Program-made: the position numbers and the translations under genes | The notes under the pieces: model-generated | The model's input: the letters and a program-made list of their open reading frames with translations, nothing else | The model's database searches: none | Told to the model about the DNA's origin: nothing | DNA from: an uncultured virus (IMG/VR IMGVR_UViG_3300047312_000347) | Taxonomy: Duplodnaviria; Heunggongvirae; Uroviricota; Caudoviricetes | Direction: 5' to 3' (one strand) | DNA length: 20,000 bases | Virus record (IMG/VR): IMGVR_UViG_3300047312_000347 | Part shown: positions 15,233 to 20,000 of the stretch, in pieces | Layout: each line of letters begins with the position of its first letter | How positions within the stretch are numbered: the stretch's first letter is position 1

Positions 15233-16084
15233 CTACGTGGCCGCCGCTACCAGCGTATTCGTGCTGGTCGCTGGCGTACTGCCGATCGGATTGACGCCGG
15301 TGACGATCACCTTGAACGATTTGCCGGTGTCCCCGGCGACCACCGTATAAGTCTTGCCGGTCTGCGGTGGAGAGATCGGAACCCATGGGCCAGTAGTGCC
15401 AGTGACGCTCTGCCATGCGTAGGTATAGCTATGCGCTCCCGTCCATCCGCCGATCGTTGCGGTCAGAACATCCCCGACCTTGGGCGCACCAGGCGAGGAG
15501 ACGGAGGCGCCGCCAGTGATCGTCGGCAGCAACACATTTGATGGCGCAATGGAATTCACCGGCGGCATCAGCGTCATTGTCCCGAACACACCGTCGATCG
15601 ACTGCACCGAGCCACTGACCACCATTTTGATGAAGGCGTTGTCGATGATGGGCGAAAAATCACCACTGGGCGTCAGATTAACGCTGAGCAGATCGACATA
15701 CCAACGCGGACCGACCTCGTTGGTGGCATAGAACTTCAGCTCACCGATGAACGAGCTGCGCGAGAAGATTTGTACCTGCGGATTTGACGGGGTGCCACCA
15801 TCATTGCCGACGTCGCCCATCAGCAACATCGCCAAATTCTGCGCGGTCAACTCTTCCAGGTCCATCTTCACCTCGCCAGACTTCTCGGTGATGATGCTCA
15901 AATCCTTGATGCGCGACCCTCCCATCGATGAATAATGGTCGAGCAAGGTGACCTTGGGCGTGAAGGTAAACGTCGGCACGTTCCCGACGTGAAAGAAGCT
16001 GGCCTGATCGGTCGGCTTGAACAAGATGAAGCCCTTGCCGACAGCAAGGTTACTGACATCCGGGCTACTGACACCGTAAGCCAT
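15233..16084 (-). CDS. Major tail tube protein with C-terminal Ig-like domain
   Basis: VGKGFILF...VGNVPTFTFTP...LEELTAQNLAMLLMG; C-terminal PTITG...KVGDVLTA...YTYAWQ...TYTVVAGDTGKSFKVIVT; AGGAG RBS. Confidence 0.85.
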   Translation of the reverse strand: MAYGVSSPDVSNLAVGKGFILFKPTDQASFFHVGNVPTFTFTPKVTLLDHYSSMGGSRIKDLSIITEKSGEVKMDLEELTAQNLAMLLMGDVGNDGGTPSNPQVQIFSRSSFIGELKFYATNEVGPRWYVDLLSVNLTPSGDFSPIIDNAFIKMVVSGSVQSIDGVFGTMTLMPPVNSIAPSNVLLPTITGGASVSSPGAPKVGDVLTATIGGWTGAHSYTYAWQSVTGTTGPWVPISPPQTGKTYTVVAGDTGKSFKVIVTGVNPIGSTPATSTNTLVAAAT

Positions 16085-16104
16085 GGTTTGATTCTCCTTC
16101 TCTT

Positions 16105-16578
16105 TTAGTTGAGGTCGTTCGGGTCGAGGACATAGCTCAGTCGAAAGTTAAGTTGCATTTGACCGACTACAGTCGACCCGGTCTGCAAATCCGTGATATG
16201 GCCAGAATGTATCAGCTCGCCGTTCGCACCGAGCAGCGCCCACAGCTCGTCATCTTTGGTGAACGCTTTAAGCACCTGCATCCGCAGCCCGGACAATTCC
16301 TCGCCAACGCCGGGATTGTCTATGGTGTCGCGCGGTCGCAGGACAATGAACACCTGCGGCGTCAGCTCGAATATGCCAGGGGCGCGCGCGCCCCCACGAG
16401 TATGCACCGCCTGCGGGTTTTTGAGGGTCTCACTGCCGTCGAGCAAGACGAGCGCCGGGAGCTTCTCAGTGGGGATTTCGGCGCGATTGCGGAACACGTT
16501 CAAGGGATCGGCCGTGCCGTTCACCGTCCCCAGCAGCGACACCATGCGCAGGAGTATGGCCTCGCGTTTGTCCTGCAT
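16105..16578 (-). CDS. Tail terminator / completion protein
   Basis: KREAILLRM...VFRNRAEIP...LPALVLLDGSE pattern; position before the tube gene. Confidence 0.75.
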   Translation of the reverse strand: MQDKREAILLRMVSLLGTVNGTADPLNVFRNRAEIPTEKLPALVLLDGSETLKNPQAVHTRGGARAPGIFELTPQVFIVLRPRDTIDNPGVGEELSGLRMQVLKAFTKDDELWALLGANGELIHSGHITDLQTGSTVVGQMQLNFRLSYVLDPNDLN

Positions 16579-16919
16579 CAGCGCCGCACCTGCAGTTCCC
16601 AGTAAACCACCACATTGCCAGGCACCAATTTCCCGACCGGCGAAACGATACGCAGGGTCTCGAGCTCGGCGCCGGTCACGGGGTCGAGTGTCACCAGCCG
16701 GTCCTGCTCAGAGTCCGGATCAACCGTGAGATCGACCGGCGACAACAGAGCCTTGCGGTCGGTCTGGTTGATGATCTTGCCTACGCGTTCGTGCGGCATG
16801 TAGTCCGAGATGAAGGCGAAGCACGGTCGATCGCCGTCGTCGCGCCGCAGGATTGCCGGCGCGCCGTATTTGCGGATCATGCCCTCGGCAATGGCGCGTT
16901 CCCTGGCGTAGTCGATCAT
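16578..16919 (-). CDS. Head closure (stopper) protein
   Basis: Start MIDYARERAIAEGMIRKYGAPAILRR at 16919 (ATGA coupling); ends VYWELQVRR. Confidence 0.72.
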   Translation of the reverse strand: MIDYARERAIAEGMIRKYGAPAILRRDDGDRPCFAFISDYMPHERVGKIINQTDRKALLSPVDLTVDPDSEQDRLVTLDPVTGAELETLRIVSPVGKLVPGNVVVYWELQVRR

Positions 16920-17641
16920 ACGATGGCGATCCCCGGACTGTTGCGCCGCATCACCGCGAGGAACATCAACCCATACGATGAATTGGTCAGGGACGGATAG
17001 GCCGACCCGCCGGAAGAGCTCGAAGCCGCCGCATACTGGACCGAAATCTGTCCGATCCGTTCGGACGTGACCAAACGCCCCGCTCCACCCGCTGCCGCCT
17101 GGCCCTGCGCTATGAAATGGGCCGCCAGGTAGAAAGTCGCGGCCTGCGCATCCACCGGGTCCCAATCGTCGCCGATGAAAAGCGCGGCCTCATCCAATGC
17201 CGTCTGCACCACGCTGTCGTCCACCGCCATGAACTCGGGAAACATGGATTTGAAGGCGACGACATTGATTGGGTTCGCGGTGTCGATCACCGTCATCGTT
17301 CCGATAGTCGGCGTCGAGCGATGCGTCGGATCGACATCCAGCGGATTGATGATGACGATCTCGTAGAAATAATTACCCGCCAACGCCAAGGTATCGGCGC
17401 TGCGCAATTTAACCACGAAGGCGTAGCTTGCCGCGTCCTCGATCAAGATACCGCCGCCAGCCAGCGTCTTTGTGATCGCGGCCATGGTCTTATCGGCAAC
17501 ACCGCGCACTTGCGGATATGCCGTCCAACTCAATTGCGTCTGCGAGATGTCGAACGGCGGATCTGGAGGCGGCGTGATGCCGTAATCGACATCGGTAGTA
17601 TCTCCGGTGATCAGGCTGAAGTTCTGCCGAAGTTCGGTCAT
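16916..17641 (-). CDS. Head-tail adaptor (DUF4054-like) with N-terminal BppU-like beta domain
   Basis: C half FKSMFPEF...ATFYLAAH...VTSERIGQISVQY...SSYGLMF; N half ITGDT...FDIS...VKLRSADT...GNYFYEI...GTMTV. Confidence 0.75.
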   Translation of the reverse strand: MTELRQNFSLITGDTTDVDYGITPPPDPPFDISQTQLSWTAYPQVRGVADKTMAAITKTLAGGGILIEDAASYAFVVKLRSADTLALAGNYFYEIVIINPLDVDPTHRSTPTIGTMTVIDTANPINVVAFKSMFPEFMAVDDSVVQTALDEAALFIGDDWDPVDAQAATFYLAAHFIAQGQAAAGGAGRLVTSERIGQISVQYAAASSSSGGSAYPSLTNSSYGLMFLAVMRRNSPGIAIV

Positions 17642-18996
17642 GCTGCCTTCTTGCTTATCGAGCCGCGTAGCTTCCTGGGATAGGCCGTGGTCCCGAACAT
17701 GTAAGCCGGGTCAGTGGTAGTCCCGAACATGTACTTCGGATCGGACACGGAGCTGAACAAATAAGCCGGATCAGAAACGGTCCCGAACATATCAGCCGGA
17801 TCGGGAACCGAGCCGCTCATCGGCGGCTTAGGAACTGATTGCAATCCACCGATAACTTTGTTGTGCGGAAATTGGTCGAATGCATATACCAGCGGCGGCC
17901 TAAGCATAGCGGCAGTCTGGCCGACGTTCCTCGGCGCCAAGATATCGTCGACGTCTTGATGCAGCGGCGCATGAATATTTGCCGCTCCCGGCACCAGTAT
18001 CGGCGAAGGAAGAAGATCAATATCGGCAACAGAAGCAGCATGCAATGCAACGCTGACAACAAGTTGGGGCGGCCCATGGAAGGTCTCGGCATCAGACACG
18101 AGACCGGGCGCGAAAATGATGGACTGGCCGATAACGCCGGTAGGAACACTGTCATTGTCGGCAAGCAGGCTGGGCAGCAAGCCGGCGCCGGCGCTCGAAC
18201 TCGCGGCGAAGACCGTATCGGACGTGGGCAATGCCGCCGGCTGGAGCGCAACGGCGCCCGGAATAACCACGGCAGCGGGAAAGACATCGACGTCGGGATA
18301 AAGCGTTGGGAGTAGATTGCCGCCGAGCGCAAGCCCACCGGGGTAGATCGCGTCGTCGGTGGCATAGAGGGCGGGTGCGAGGAATTGGGTCGAGAGCCTG
18401 ATATTGGTTACAGCGATCACATCGGCATCGGTGACCAGCGTCGGCAGAGCGACTTGCGAAAACAGCGGAGGATAAGAGGCATCCGGATCGGTAACCAGCG
18501 ACGGCGAGAGCGGCGCTGCGCCGGCCTGCGCGCCAGGCGCCGATATCGCATCTACATCGGTGACCTTCTGCGGCAACAATGCCGCCGATGCTGTGGGCGC
18601 GTAGGTCGCATCTAGATCAGGGACGAGAGCCGGCAATAACTTCGCGCTGGCAACAGCGGTCGCTGGGATAGCAGTATCTGGATCGGTGATTGCCGTGGGC
18701 GACAGGGTGACAGTCCCAGCCGCAAGAGCTGGGGCCGCGATCGCATCGGCGTCACTGACGGGTATTGGCAACAGATACGAGACAGAAGCAGGGGAATAAA
18801 AAGCGTCAGCATCGCGAAAACACTGCGGAAAATTGTCGGCGGTTAGAGCTGTGACGTCCGCGGTCCAGCTTGTGGTATCGGTCGTCGGGGCTGTGATGTC
18901 GAATGGCACCAACGTCTGGGTATCGGGATTTGGATTTTGCTCAATCCAAATTCCGACGCCGAAACGTGTTCTGCCGATGCCAGGAATGAATGGCAT
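17638..18996 (-). CDS. Pro/Ala/Asp-rich repeat protein, probable virion appendage
   Basis: About 15 L-x-P-x-L-V-x-D-x-D-x-x-x-x-P units plus C-terminal 10-aa tandem repeats; coupled to the adaptor gene. Confidence 0.72.
   Translation of the reverse strand: MPFIPGIGRTRFGVGIWIEQNPNPDTQTLVPFDITAPTTDTTSWTADVTALTADNFPQCFRDADAFYSPASVSYLLPIPVSDADAIAAPALAAGTVTLSPTAITDPDTAIPATAVASAKLLPALVPDLDATYAPTASAALLPQKVTDVDAISAPGAQAGAAPLSPSLVTDPDASYPPLFSQVALPTLVTDADVIAVTNIRLSTQFLAPALYATDDAIYPGGLALGGNLLPTLYPDVDVFPAAVVIPGAVALQPAALPTSDTVFAASSSAGAGLLPSLLADNDSVPTGVIGQSIIFAPGLVSDAETFHGPPQLVVSVALHAASVADIDLLPSPILVPGAANIHAPLHQDVDDILAPRNVGQTAAMLRPPLVYAFDQFPHNKVIGGLQSVPKPPMSGSVPDPADMFGTVSDPAYLFSSVSDPKYMFGTTTDPAYMFGTTAYPRKLRGSISKKAA
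17691..17820. repeat. 30-bp period degenerate coding tandem repeat (about 4 copies)
   Basis: tcccgaacat at 17691, 17721 and 17781, agctgaacaa at 17751; encodes DPADMFGTVS / DPAYLFSSVS / DPKYMFGTTT / DPAYMFGTTA. Confidence 0.85.
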
Positions 18997-18997
18997 T

Positions 18998-19531
18998 TTA
19001 ATTCCAGGAACGCCAGATATGCCATAGCGGGATGACAGACGGCGCGACGCTGAAGGTCAAACCGATCCAGAGCGCACTTGCAACCGTCGTGTCGACTGAC
19101 GTCGGCCCGCCAGAATGTGCAACGTAAGTCGCGCTGGCAGCGGTCGCTATTGCACCACCGCTCGACCACTCTCCCGAACAAACAACCGATGAGTTGGCGC
19201 CGGGGAGCCCTATCGAGCGAAATGCCAGATAACAGCGGTAAATAAAAGGCGCAGTGGTGATGCTCGGCACCACGGTTTGCACTGGTGAAACGGTCAATGC
19301 AACGCCGCCGATGACGGTGCCGTAGCGCGGCTGGATCGTCAGCGTCCCGCTCGCGCCGGTAGTCACCGTTCCGCCGACGGCGAGCTCGTACACCTTGCCA
19401 GCACGCGGATCAAAAGCCGGGATCGGCGTGTACAGCGTTGGAATCAACACTGTTTCTGTTGTAGCGGTAATGGTGGCGAACGAGGCATTGACCGGCTCGC
19501 TCAAAACATCCGCAAAGTATTGTCTCGACAT
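18998..19531 (-). CDS. Hypothetical beta-rich virion protein
   Basis: Coupled to neighbours (TGATG overlap); Thr/Val/Gly-rich with few charged residues. Confidence 0.7.
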   Translation of the reverse strand: MSRQYFADVLSEPVNASFATITATTETVLIPTLYTPIPAFDPRAGKVYELAVGGTVTTGASGTLTIQPRYGTVIGGVALTVSPVQTVVPSITTAPFIYRCYLAFRSIGLPGANSSVVCSGEWSSGGAIATAASATYVAHSGGPTSVDTTVASALWIGLTFSVAPSVIPLWHIWRSWN

Positions 19532-19812
19532 CAGCCCATTCTCCTGACGCTGTTCGTGATGAAATCGCCCAGCGTCAGCGGCGGGGCGCCCTCCTGCGCT
19601 CGTATCCGGTTCTCGTGATCGTACAGCACCGATTGCTCTGCGGTTGGCTCTGGCGCCACCGGCTCAGGCGGTACGTAGGGATCGGGCACGCCGCCCTCGG
19701 CCAGCCATTGCTCGTATTCGATGCGGTCGCGATTTGCCGGGTCGTTTGGAATGCACGCACCGTCCGAAGTGCGGATCACGGAGTCGGTGTTTGTTAGTTG
19801 ATAGTCTGCCAT
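19531..19812 (-). CDS. Fibre-associated (assembly chaperone-like) small protein
   Basis: VIRTSDGACIPNDPANRDRIEYEQWLAEGGVPDP resembles small proteins that follow phage fibre genes. Confidence 0.65.
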   Translation of the reverse strand: MADYQLTNTDSVIRTSDGACIPNDPANRDRIEYEQWLAEGGVPDPYVPPEPVAPEPTAEQSVLYDHENRIRAQEGAPPLTLGDFITNSVRRMG

Positions 19813-19813
19813 C

Positions 19814-20000
19814 TCAAAGCCTCGCGTCCAATTGTAGATCGAAGCTATAGCCTGTGTTCACCGTCAACGGGGTGCCTGAGAAGATGACCCCACTCAGTCG
19901 ATCTGGCGTAAGCACGCTGGTTGCGGTCAAAGTTGCTGCAAGGTAAGCACCGTTGAAATCATTTCTGACCTGATTTTGCACGCCATTACACCATATCGAA
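19814..20000 (-). CDS. 3' end of a fibre-like gene (partial, runs off the window)
   Basis: Open frame ...SIWCNGVQNQVRNDFNG...GYSFDLQLDARL*; stop 1 nt before the next ATG; the DARL ending is common in fibre C-termini. Confidence 0.65.
   Translation of the reverse strand, partial: SIWCNGVQNQVRNDFNGAYLAATLTATSVLTPDRLSGVIFSGTPLTVNTGYSFDLQLDARL

Larger units (their letters stand above)
236..20000. mobile_element. Siphovirus-type phage/prophage segment (neck, tail, recombination and lysis modules); boundaries not in window
   Basis: Gene order adaptor, closure, terminator, tube, chaperones, tape measure, tip; no sheath gene; plus exonuclease/annealase and amidase. No integrase or att site seen. 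Confidence 0.93.

Noticed and set aside
17691..17820. CRISPR-like array
   Set aside because: In-frame coding repeat with no unique spacers and no cas genes.

Overview
GC-rich segment of a siphovirus-type (pro)phage, probably with an alphaproteobacterial (Rhizobiales-like) host; the host is inferred from composition and protein style. The minus strand (20000 to 5190) carries a tightly packed morphogenesis operon: fibre-like and repeat proteins, head-tail adaptor, head closure, tail terminator, tail tube with Ig-like domain, G/GT chaperones, tape measure, Dit/hub-like proteins, tail-tip and lectin-domain proteins, and a CxxCxxCC protein. A plus-strand block (2375-5186: two hypotheticals, YqaJ exonuclease, RecT/Redbeta-like annealase, OB-fold membrane protein) with a divergent ribbon-helix-helix regulator separates the tail genes from the lysis genes (holin-like gene, amidase+RlpA-like endolysin). 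A solo LuxR-HTH gene converges on the endolysin. The most unexpected element is 1828-2048: a multi-stem RNA structure followed by a 24-aa cationic peptide ORF whose start is locked in a hairpin, directly upstream of the lysis genes. All calls come from motif recognition by eye; no searches were run.
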